Source: Raillietiella orientalis | Lineage: Eukaryota | NCBI GenBank assembly: GCA_036172245.1 | Contig: JAYWIR010000001.1 | Span: 8,308,001 to 8,372,000 of the forward strand | Reading direction: 5' to 3' | DNA: 64,000 nt | Shown here: in pieces, positions 1-10,460 of the stretch | Layout of the letters: every line of letters begins with the position of its first letter | Position numbering within the stretch: the first letter of the stretch is position 1 | Program-made: the position numbers and the translations under genes | The notes under the pieces: generated by a model | Database searches by the model: none | Told to the model about the DNA's origin: nothing | The model's input: the letters and a program-made list of their open reading frames with translations, nothing else

Positions 1-615
1 GGGGGAGCCAGGGCGGACCCTAACGGGACTTGTCAGTGTCCTTCCCCCTCTATCGCGAAACGCGGGGAGCCCCGCCGGTGGCGACAGGGGAAGGGGAGGG
101 GGAGAGCGCGCGCGGGGGTCCTCCACGTCTGGGAGAAGTCTGTCGCTTCGCGGGGGACTCGGAGAGTGCGGGCCGGAAGGAGCAGCGGGACGGACCCCCG
201 CGGAGCAGGCGGGGGCGACTCTGACGCGCTCAACCCCCTTCCGGGAAGAAGGGGATCCGAGGCACTTGGTCTCAAGGGAAGGGGGAGAGGGTTACCGCCG
301 GCATCCCGCCCCCGCGTGCGGGGATGGGTGATGGAGGAGGAGGGGGAGGGGTGCAGCCATCTCTTCCTCCTTTCCTCGAGAAGGAGGGGAGGGAAACGAG
401 GAAAGGGCGAAGGGGTGCGCGGCCCCTGCCCCGTCCCGCGGCAGCCCCCCCTCCTCTTCGGGAGCGCTGGATGGAGGGCGCCTCTGACCGCCCCTTCTCC
501 CCTCCGTAGAGGGAGGGGAGGGAGGGTGGCGTGGCTGGTGGCGCGTTGCGTCACACGGACGGCGGCACCCTGCTGACCGCCCCTCGGAGCAAAGGGTCTC
601 GCGGGCGGCACTCAC

Positions 616-693
616 CGAGATGGACTTCTCCAGGAGTCCCGTGCCCGCGTTGTAGAGGTCGGGACGGTTGCCCAGCCCGAGGTCTGTCAGCAT
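616..693 (-). CDS. shep: First coding exon (26 aa, phase-0 intron follows), probably the RRM protein Alan shepard / RBMS orthologue; the rest of the gene lies left of the window
   Basis: ATG at 693 has no upstream ATG in ~370 nt and an in-frame TGA 39 nt upstream (732-730). It reads MLTDLGLGNRPDLYNAGTGLLEKSIS and ends exactly at a consensus donor TCG|GTGAGT (615-610). The peptide resembles my recollection of insect Shep N-termini (approx. LGxGNRxDLYN..GLLEKTVS|M). This was not verified by search. Confidence 0.6.
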
Positions 694-841
694 GGGGCAG
701 GGGCTTCCGGGGCTGCTCTCTTGCGTGTTTCAGAGGGCGCACTGCTGCTGCTGCCGCCCGAGGCGGCGGCGTGCGTCGCCGAGCTGGTCGGGTCGCCCTG
801 AGAGTCGGCCGGTGTCGCAGTTCTCCTGGAGCGAGCCGAGT

Positions 842-1020
842 AGGAGGAGGAGGAGGAGGAGGAGAAGGAGACGAGGGCGGTGGACCACAGGGAGCGCCGC
901 TGCTGCTGCTGCTGCTGCTGCTGCCGCCGCCGCCGCCGCTTGTGGTGGTGGTGCTGCTGCTGCCGTCGTCGTCGTCGTCCGCGGGCGGGTGAGCGCCGTT
1001 CGCACAGCTCGTCGTCGTCA
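842..1020 (-). repeat. Compound trinucleotide tracts in the putative 5' UTR: (GAC)n, (CAG)n, (CAC)n, (GGC)n, (CCT)n on the minus strand
   Basis: Directly visible on +: (AGG)n ~842-863, (GCT)n ~898-923, (GCC)n ~923-938, (TGG)n, (GTC)n ~965-979. Confidence 0.9.
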
Positions 1021-1129
1021 CGGTAACAGCAGCTCGCGTGCGGCGCTCCGCACTGGACTGCTCGCTCGACGGCACGCGGCGCCGTGTAGCCCTGCCGTCC
1101 GCGGGTGCTGCCTGAGCGCCGCGCGCCCG

Positions 1130-1495
1130 GCAGGGGAAAATCCCAAGGTCGCGGCGCGCGCGAGCCAATGACGTACGGGCACACCCTCTCCCGGCCGGCG
1201 GTCCCGGAGGGCGGAGCCGCGCCCGCACGCCCACCCTGCTTCCCGGAGGGCCAATCAGAGGAGGAGGCGGCTGCCGGCTGCTCTTCCCGGCGGCGCGCAG
1301 ACGCCGCCGCAGATTGAGGCAGCCCAGGCCGCTCAGCGCGCACGCGTCCCTCGAACGTGACGTCAGCGGCGGCGGCTGTTTTGCGGCACGCGCGCACCCC
1401 GAACGGACGGTAGGGAAGGAGAATGGAAGGAAGGGAAGGTGGAGGGGGGGAGCAGGAAGAGGGGAAGAAGGAAGGGGGTCGCTCTGACGTCATTT
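1130..1495 (-). promoter_or_regulatory. Proximal promoter of the minus-strand gene
   Basis: Contains a kB-type site GGGGAAAATCCC (1133-1144), CCAAT at 1165-1169 overlapping TGACGTA, CCAAT at 1251-1255, and perfect CRE palindromes TGACGTCA at 1358-1365 and 1485-1492. It is CpG dense and lies just upstream of the first exon. Confidence 0.7.
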
Positions 1496-2889
1496 TCTCC
1501 ACACATCCCACCCTCTCCGGCCTCGCTTCCTCTTCCGCGGAATTCGAATCAAACCAAAAAGGGAGCAGAAGTAGGGGTGGGGAGGAGAAGCGCAGAGAAC
1601 ATCTTCACCCCCCTCGCCGATCCCTTGACTTGTCCGGTCGGCCACCTGCCGGCATCGTTATGCTCTCGGAAGGGTTTCTAGGTAACGGAAGCGGGGAAGG
1701 AAAAGCGCAGTTCAGGAGCGAGAAACAGTGGAGGGTGGGGGGAAGAAGGAAGAGAGAGGGAGAGAAGGGCTCTACGGGAGACCACGTGCCTCACCTGCAG
1801 TCCACCTCCATCCTCTCTTCGAGCGCCGCGCAACCAGGAAGCCCGATCCGCGCGGCCTCCATCTCCCGTTCCGCGTTTCCACGGAGACAGAAGGAGAGCG
1901 GACGGAGGAGGGGCGCCTGACCGATGGCTTTCCCCTCCCCCGCCGTCCTCCTCTCCTCCTCCTCTCCTCCTCCCTCCCTCCCTTTCTTTCCTCCCGCGCG
2001 TGCGCGGGCGGGCGTGACTGTCGCTCCCAGTTTCCGAGGGCGGGAAGCGGGAGGCCGGGAAGGGTGGCGCTGAGGCGAACCCCGAGAGCGCAGGAGAGGA
2101 GGTTCTGCTCCCTCCCTCCTCTCCGCCCTTCCCCCACCCCCTCCTTTCCCTCTTCCTTCTCCCCGCGGCGAGGGAAAAAAAGGAGAGGAGGAGGCTTCGT
2201 TTCCCGGCGAGGCGGCTCCGCAGGCGGGAACGAGAGGGGACGTTCGCTCCCTCCCCTTCCTTCCTGGAAATACGGAGAGCCGGACTCCTGGCAGCGTCCC
2301 GGACCGTCCGGGAAGGTCATGGGTATCCCGCCTCTGCCGCCGGTGGTGGCTCCCGCGCTGCCCCCTGGCCATCGTCCGAAGCTCTCCCACCTGCTCTCAA
2401 GTAGCGCGAGCCAGTGAAGTGCCGCCACTCCACCTCGCCCGCTCCTGACTCCCGCCCCCGATGTCTCGGAAGGAATAGTGGAGGAAAGGGAGGGGGGGAA
2501 GGGGGTTATGAAGATGGCGGAGGCGGCTGCCCCGGTGTGGGGAAGGAAGGGGGGAAGAGGAGAGGAAGAGAGAGGCCGTCAGGAGAGGAAGAGCAGGGGG
2601 CGCGCGAGAGTCTCCGATGCGGAGCCGGTCGCCGGGAAACCGCCGCCGAGGTAATGGCAGTGCGTGACGCGCCTTCCACTTCACCCGCCAGTAATGGCCG
2701 AGCAGGCCTCCGTTTCCAAGGGAACGCGCGCGCACACAGCAGTGCCGTCACGAATTCCCGCAGGGATCTCTCATGGGAGGGAAGAAAAACAAGAGAGAGA
2801 GGGAAGGGAAAAAGAAAAAAAAGGAAAAGAGGAAAAGGGGAAAAGGGGAATACCTGGAGAGGAAGGAGAGAGGGCGCGCGGGAGACCGC

Positions 2890-3460
2890 AGTCCTTCCTG
2901 TTTCCCAGGTCACGTTCCGTCCTCTTTCCCCTGCTGCTGGTCCAGGGGACCGAAAGATTCGTAGCCTCCTACAGTCTCCCATTCGTCATCACCTCTCACC
3001 CAACACAGAGGCGGGAGGAGGGCTGGAAGAGTGGGCCGCAGGCCGGCCGGAGGCTGACCGAGGCGACTCCTTCCTCCAGCTTTCGGAATGCCCAAGAGAT
3101 GACCAGGTTCCCTCTCCAGATGGCAAAGAGCGTGACCCGTGGTGGTGTCGAGGTCGCCCTCACCGCTGTTGATGAACCCTTCGAGGAGCCCGGGAGAGAG
3201 CCGTGGGATACCGGAAGGATTCCGGGCGGCCTTCTGGATTGCCGGCTTCTCAGCAGGCTCTTTCTTCCCTCCCTGGTGGAGCGTCTCTGGTAGAAGTCTC
3301 TCATTTCCTCCGCGGGCTCCCCCCGTCGTTTTTCCTTCCCACGGGCGCTTTTGTGACTCTCCTTTGACGAGCGATTGAAGAAGCGGGAGAGCACGTCCCA
3401 AGGGACAGCTCTCTACTGGAGGACTCTCCCCATCCAGGGTAGGGAGGTGGTGCAGGATGG
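2890..3460 (-). mobile_element. Degenerate L1/Tx1-type LINE ORF2 fragment (linker / RT N-terminus)
   Basis: Across frames and in the expected order: SRFFNR..K, AEEMRDFYQR, LEGFINSGE..., EREPGHLLGIPK (like KSPGxDGIP). Confidence 0.4.
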
Positions 3461-3879
3461 CGCTGCCCCTCTCTCCGTCCCTCCGACTCCCAGAGCGACG
3501 AGCTGCCCGCCGCAGCTCACCCCGAACTAGGGCGCGGGTGGAGTAGGATAGGGAGGGAGGAAGAGGGGAAACAATGCTCGCTTCCTTTACTCCCGAGGCT
3601 CCCCCTCCCCTCCCAGAGGCTCTGCACTCTCGCTTCCGACCAGCCCTGGACAGGGAGAGCAGGGTGATTGTGGGCGGATCGCGCGTGCCCGTGGCTCCCT
3701 CGGGTTAACATGGACGACGCGCATGCGCGGAGAAGCGATCGACCGATCCTGCGGAGGCGGGGAGCCACTGACCTCCTTTCCTCGCTCGAAGCTCGCCTTC
3801 GACCCGGTGACTCACGGGAGAGGGCAAGTGAGGGCGAAAGATGCTCATAGGTTGGCTCCAAACTGCTGTCTTCCCGTTT

Positions 3880-4650
3880 TTCCGCACTCTCCTGTCAGCC
3901 TGCATCGTTGTTAGGGCGAAGACAAGGAGGAGGAGGAGCAGAAGGAAGTGGCGATGAGGAAGGAAGGAAGGAAGGTCCCGGAGAACCACTAGCTTTGGTC
4001 CAGAGGAAGCTATGAACCCGAGAGCGTTGCCGTGGCAATGTGCCGGAGCTCTCTCGCCCCAACCCTCCGCCTCCAGCAACGGTCCGCGCTCTGGAGAAGG
4101 AACAGAGCAGGGAACGCTTCGAGGATGGCACGAGGAGAGGGGTGGAAGAGGAAAAAAGGAGCAGTGGGTGGAAGCGTCTGGCGACATCGCATGCCCTGCC
4201 TCAGACAGAGGGCTGTCCACCTCCACGTCCTCTGGGCCGAGTTTCCGGTAAATTACTGTGCGGGAATGCTTGGTAAGGAGGCGAGAGTCGCCGCGGAGGA
4301 GAGGGGTGGGCACGCCGCCACTCCGCCTCCGTTGTCAAGGGGTGAAACAGTCATCCCGAGACGGGCGGAAGAACCGGCCAAGAGGTCAGCGGCGCCAGCA
4401 AGCCGATCGAAGAGTTTCCTCTTTGACCCGGAAGTGAGGAGGGCAGCCTTGCACTCCAGCCGGCTGTCCTCGGGCTGCCGATTGGTGAACTCCGTTTCCT
4501 GCTTCCCGGGACAGCTGCAGCAATTGAGAGGGAAACCACGCCTCGACCTAGTGCTTGTCCCTAGATCTGATGGCCCTCTTCTCCGAAGTCGCCTAAGGGA
4601 AAACACGTGGCTCTGGTCAGCTGGCGCTTCTTCTCTTCCCGTTTGCCTCA
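3880..4650 (-). mobile_element. Degenerate L1/Tx1-type LINE reverse transcriptase fragment
   Basis: Ordered relic motifs: CSCPGK (like QxCxxPGR), AALL..KRKLFDRL (like LDxEKAFDR, ~4401-4418), ARLG, LRQG/AMSP across a frameshift (~4185-4204), VHSFLW. Confidence 0.55.
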
Positions 4651-5089
4651 AGGAGTGGGTCCCCTCCCGCAGCGCTCCTCCTCTCTAGCGTTCCCGTTTC
4701 GCACTTCCTGACCTTTCCATGAGGGCGAACGAAAGTCTTCCTTGGGGTGTCACCGGCTCGGAGAGGAAGAGTTGGGGGTTGCTGGAGCACTCCCACGAGA
4801 CGACTCCGGTCTCCCGTCGGATGGAGATCCGGGAAGCTGCGACAAGAGAAGGTGCCCCTTCTCTTCTTGCCCCACGTGCACGATCCCTCCCCTCACAGCC
4901 CCTTGAAGCGCAAGGCGCAGGCGGTACAGCTCGAGCTGGCTCTGAGGGAAGCTCCTGCAGCCGTCCGTCTCCATCCTCTGTAAGAGGTCGCAAAGACGAG
5001 TGTGCTCAGGTACCGAATTCTCTTATCATTCTCCGCCGGCCACCCTCGCGCTGGCATCCTCGTTTCTGTGGATACGGGAAGAGCACCTG

Positions 5090-5914
5090 GTCACCCCCCG
5101 GCACGTGCATTCTTAAATCTGCAGATGAATAGTGGAAATGGATAAAGTGGAGTCTTCGCTTCGTAGAGGGGCCATAAATCCCGCGGCGTCGCCACGAGTG
5201 CAGGAGTGCCTCCTGGACCTCGTGCCGGCGCAAGCAGGTTGCCTAGCGACGTACGCACGGGGAAGTGCAAGTGGAGGAAAAGAGGAAACACGAAGTTGTC
5301 TGGAAAAATCGAGGAAGGGATCCCTGTCGACCTCGGCATCCTGTCCAGGAAGCAGCCCGTCTCCTCCTGGCGACGCGCGATGGCCGGCCATCTTGTCGTC
5401 TTCCCTGAGAAAAGGAGCGCGGAGGGGATGGCGTCCCGGCCGGCGCGGCGCGCTTCTTTTCTGCATCGTGGCTCCGCGAAGACAGCGCAGAGCTGCAGAC
5501 GATCGCCACGGCGGGCGACACGGTGTCAGGGAAGGAGGAGGGAAGAGGCGTCCCGCCACGTCCTTCGGATCGCCCTTTGGGGAACGGATGTCCCTGGTCG
5601 GACGTTCCAGCGCACCCCGGAGGGCAACCCGCTCGAGCAACAGGTGCCGGATGGTTTCTCCTTCGCCGCACCATACACTTTCCCCGGTCCGGTAGCGCCG
5701 GTGCGCACGTCTCCAGGGGCGACCCGACGCAGCAGCCTCAACGCCGAGTCGCGCCGCTTAGCGGGAAGCGCGGACCCGTCCGAGAAACACCGCAAGGATC
5801 TCGAGATTTTCGAGAGGATCTCGGGGCAGATCGACCCATCGGCGAAGTCCCTCGTGGCGGGCAGCAGTGGGAGGGTGAAAGCGTCAGCAGGCGGAGGATG
5901 CGCCGTCCAGCATC
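5090..5914. repeat. Copy 1 of ~825-bp near-identical direct repeat (copy 2 at 30872-31693)
   Basis: Direct comparison found about 7 substitutions plus one 3-bp indel. The ORF translations from the two loci are identical or nearly so. Confidence 0.97.
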
Positions 5915-7480
5915 TGAATGATTCTTTTTTTTCTTTTACTTCTCAGCCTGCCTTCCATCTTGTCGGCTGACTACCGCCATTGTTGTCCCGTTGGAAGGAC
6001 AGGGATGCAGCAGGTGGGGTGCGTTGTTTCCATGCGTACCTCCTAGAGCTTCCCGCTGCATCCTGAAAAGAGGAAAGAGGAGTCATTGGGGAATCGCAGG
6101 TACCGGGACTGCTCCGAACTCGTCTCGCCCACGTCTAGATTCTTCTTTGCAGCCAGGGATGGAGTTCGTGGGGAAGCAGGAGATCCAGGCATTGCTCCAC
6201 TCCAAGGCAATCATCAATGGAAGCTAATACTCGTCTCGGGAGATGCTTCGGTGGCTGGGACGAGGAAGAAGAGGACAGGAGGTGAGTCCGTAGGATAGGT
6301 TTGCGTCAGGACATTCCCATGGCAACTCGCGGCTTGGCGGGACAGATCGTGTTCCCATCCCCTAGAAGGCAGTTTCTCAGTAGTCAGCGACGTCTCTCTG
6401 TGACGGAGGAGTCGAAGAAAATCGAGGAAAAGGCGATGGGAGCGGCTCCTCTTTTTCTCAGTGGTCCCTGAGAACAAGAGGAAAGGCCTCAGATCATGAC
6501 TCAGGAGCCTCGTCGCTTGGGGGAACACTGTGAGTTCCTCCTCGGGGTGAACGGGCTGATCCTGGAAACCACTTACTCGCTAGATGCCGTTGTGGAAACT
6601 GAGGTTCCCAGCCCCGAGGACAAGAGGCGATGATGGGCAGATTCCCAGAGTTCTCACGGCTTACACGTCCCAAATGCTCCGCAAGCGTCACCACTGACTC
6701 GTGACTTTAGCTCTTCCGCCAGGCACTTCTAGTTCCCCTGAGGACTGCTTGGTCCTCGGCGAGAGACTCAAGGCGAGGAGTCGAGGACTTCCCCAGCCCA
6801 GTGCATTCCCTTTCTTTCCCTTCCTTCCTCCGCCGACCGGCACTGGCTTTTCCTTCGCAGCTTCTGCAATCATCTCTCGGAACCTCCGTGGAGCAGCGCC
6901 AACAGGGATCACGATGCAGAGGAGTTTTCTGACCACGGTCGGAGCAGTGTACAAGCTCCTGCAGCTGAACTTCAGGAGTGTCTTCCCTCAAAGAGTTCCC
7001 CCGCACCATCTGCGAGCACTGACCGACCTGGGCCCGGGGGCACTTGGACACTAGAGGGGCGTCTCCAGCAGCCGAACACCCTTCGATGAAGGAAACCGAC
7101 GGCACTCAGGTTTTTGGGGCCGAATAGGAGTGAATCCCGAGAACTAGAGACGACTCTGAGGTGGGCAGGTTCCCGAAGAGGAAACTCCAAGAGAGGGATG
7201 CGAGAACTTCGAAAAAGCTGACCTCCAGGACTGACTTTCCTACTCCTGCTACCTCCAGGGTCTCATCAAGGCCTTTAGCCCTCCCTTTTGCAGGATAAGG
7301 CGGCTTTTAGGAGCGGGTCGCAGGGAAGATGGTCACTCGGAACACCAGTGATGACGCGCCCTTCTGCTATCCACTCGGAGAATCGTGGAAGGCAGCGACG
7401 GTCCACCACGATCCAGGAAGAAGCTAGAGACCCTCCCTCTACTCTTTTCGTCCCTCCGTCGGGTTTCTGAGAAACCTCTG
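5090..7480 (-). mobile_element. Internally deleted, degenerate L1/Tx1-type LINE ORF2 and 3' end
   Basis: In order on minus: endonuclease end VPSDHLP (~7323-7337), LFLDF/FDS (~6408-6432), VLASIDDC (YADD-like, 6207-6230), SRYLRFP (KYLG-like, 6088-6108), and zf-RVT-like LPAKRRDSALRLLR...VWCGEGETIRHLLLE (~5630-5770). Confidence 0.6.
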
Positions 7481-8779
7481 CGCCGGGAGCGCAGACCAAG
7501 AAAAAAGAAGGCCGTCCGCGAAACAGGCAGGTGAATGGAGACTCTGCTTCTGGGGCAGCAGGGGTGGAGAAGCGGGAGGTGGAGGCTGAGGGTTCGGCAA
7601 AGTCAGCTCAGCGAGTCCGCCTCCCTTCCCTCGGGAGCTCGCGCCACGAGAGGAGGAGGAGGCGGAATCCCTAGGGAGCGCATCGGAGCGGAAGGCGTTC
7701 CGGCACTTCCCGGCGGGCGCCGAATGGCGGCAGGAGCAGCGCCTGAAAAAAGGAGGGACACGGATGCGCGTAACGAGGGGAAACGACTCGCGCCTCGTCG
7801 GCTTCCGCGGGATGGCGGGGGAGCCTCGAGGGGGGATCGGAAAAAATTAGAAGCACGTCCTGTTCCGGTAACGGATGAGCGATTCCGGACAGATTACAGG
7901 CTCTTCAGGACGAAGGACGCAAGAGGGAGGAGGGGGGAATAGGAGAGGGAGGGGGAAATAGGGAGGAAGGAAAAGGAGGAGCACCGAAGTGGTTGCTGGC
8001 TTAAGGAGGACGCTGCGGAAGCAGAGCATTTTCGGTCCATTTAGCGCCGCGTTTCACGCGACGGTAGCACCGGGAGGAAACGCTCGGCGGGAAGAACAAG
8101 AGGAGGAGGGGCAGCGGGAAAGCTGCTGACGACGATGACTTTGTTCCCGCGGGTTCGGGAGCGGACACTGGCGCGCACGCTCCCCGCCGAGAATAGTCCT
8201 CCTTCGACCGTGTGTGTGTGTCGGCCCGAGGACATGCTCCGAGAGGCGGAGCCATGTGACGGAACCACGTGGCGTGAAACAGGAGGAAGAACAGCGTAGG
8301 AGCAGCAGCGGGAAGGAGAGCAAGATGATGGTTATCGAAAGCGGGATTCGGAGGAAGGAACCTCAGAGCGAAGGGCAAGGGAAGAAACCGTGAGAGGGAT
8401 AGCAGGAGTGGGATGAAAGAAATCGTGGGAGGAGGAGAAGAGGCCAGAGTCGGACTGCAGGAGAGCGCAGACGCTCTCATCCTGTCGATGTCTGCCGGAG
8501 AAAGAAGCCGACATTTCACGGAGATTAGCGGAAGTTGTTGCAGGAACAGAAGGGCAGATCTCGATCTGCACCTCTTGGCGTACTCACTCTACCCTACCAT
8601 CGCCTGAAAGCATAGAAGGATGGAACTTCAGAGGCGACTTCGCTTCCCCTTTTTGGGAAAAGGGTTCGGGACTCATCGAGGGCCACCGTTGCCCCTCACC
8701 CCTCCTCCTGCCTTGGTTCCCTCGTCAAGGCTTGCTGCGGTGTCATTCCTACCGAGTCCCCGATCATTCGAGCTCACTC

Positions 8780-10460
8780 CATCCGCCTTCAAGTTCTGTC
8801 CTGCTGACCTTTTCGGGCACTGGTGTCCCCATTCTCCCCCCGGTAGAAGGGCACTATCTCTCTCAAGAAGGGAAGGAGCAGGGAAGTGGAAAGAAGCGAA
8901 AGGAACCTCGACTTCCTGTCACGCAATTTCGTTCTACAGCACTCCCCAACCCAAATCATTCCCGGAGACGTCCTGCAGAGTGACCGCAGGGCGGGCCGGT
9001 GTTTCGTTCGAGCATCCCCTGTACCTACGCGGATGTGTACGTGAGCGCCTCCTGCACACCGGGGTGCACGTGTACGCCTGTGATGCTCATGAAGTGACGG
9101 CCTTGATGTCTTCTACTTCGAGGATCCCCCGAGAGGACACAGCTGGGTGGTCTCTCCGCTTCCTCAGGGAGGCTGAATGGTTGATCCCCAGAGATGAAGG
9201 GTTCCGACTGCGTGCCTTTCGACCGACTGCATCTCGTAGGCAAGGAGTCCTGATGCTGAGAGAGCGCAGAGCTCAGGGCAGCCGTCTTCAGCGAAGGTAC
9301 CAGTGAAGTCCCCAGATGTCTCATTCTACGGTGGTTCTCATCTGGCGACCTGAAGCCATCAGCTGTAGAAGGGATCTCCAGAGCGAGCAGGCGCACCTCT
9401 CTTAGGGGATCTTCCTGGAAAAGCTGCTTCTCCGCAGAGCACGCTCCTCTTTCCTGACGCCACTTGCTTCCTTCGCCGGAGCCCACCCTCTCTTCCACCT
9501 CAGAGGAGAAGCACTGGGTGAGAGCCCACGTCTAGAAGGTCCCTCTTTGACAGACAGGCAATCTTGCGAGTTTCCTCTTTCGCAAGGGAGCTGAAGAAGA
9601 AGCCAGTAAACTCGACATGTTTCCTGGAGGCTACCACAATCCTCGGGGGCCTACGCGGAGCAATCGCCAGGGATGGTCCTTCTGAAGCGTCCCTTCGCTG
9701 ACGCCATCGACTGCGAGGCAAGGATGTAGGCGCCACTTGCCGCACCCCCGGTACCCTCGACTGTTCTGCCAACGGATGTGGTTGCGGAAGACGCTGCGGG
9801 GGTTTGCCGGTCCCCGTGGTGCGAAGCCGGACGGAGGTTTCTGATTGTCCACCTTGTATGGGTGGGTATGAGGCACAATAGCAGCGCATCCGTGAGCGAT
9901 TCTCCCCCTGTACCTTTTTCCCCATCCTGCGTTCCAACAGTCTGTTTTTCCCGGGATGGTCATCCTTTTCCCTGACGCCGAGCGGGCGACCTCTCCGCCT
10001 GCCCTCTGCACCGGCGTCGTTGTCCTCTCCGGACGGTCGACGGTCCATTCCTTGGAAAGAAAAAGAAGGCGTGGATCACCTCGGATTCTTTCCGCCTCGG
10101 GGCAGAGGGGGAGGGAGGAGACACGACCGCCGAGGTCGCGGCAAATCTTCCCCGCCGGAAAAACAGCCCTGAGCGGATCCGCCGCCACCGCGTGCATACG
10201 CAGGCTTCTGAGGTTTCCTGCTGTTCCTGTGGTGGCTGGAAGACTGGGCGTGCCCGCAGCCAAGCCGGGCTTGTATCCATATCCATGGTGGTGGGAGAAA
10301 GCAGCAAAGGTGTTGAGACCATTTCGTCTGCTCTCGCTGCGCCATATTGCCTCCCCCCTAAGGCCTCCGGCAATGGAAACCCGCGTCGTCTTTCCTGGAA
10401 CTGGCAGCTCTCTCCAAATGCCGTCTTCGTGCCGCATCCCCCAACCCCTCGCCTCTTCCA
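8780..10460 (-). mobile_element. Degenerate L1/Tx1-type LINE ORF2 5' half (APE endonuclease, linker, RT start)
   Basis: ORF 9631..10461 carries, in order, MHAV (YAP-like), IRGDP (GDFN-like), DCW, RNH (SDH-like) and RGCGKWRLHP (GxWKLN-like). Further on are KWRQERG..KQLF and EDIKAV../HPG. Confidence 0.5.
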
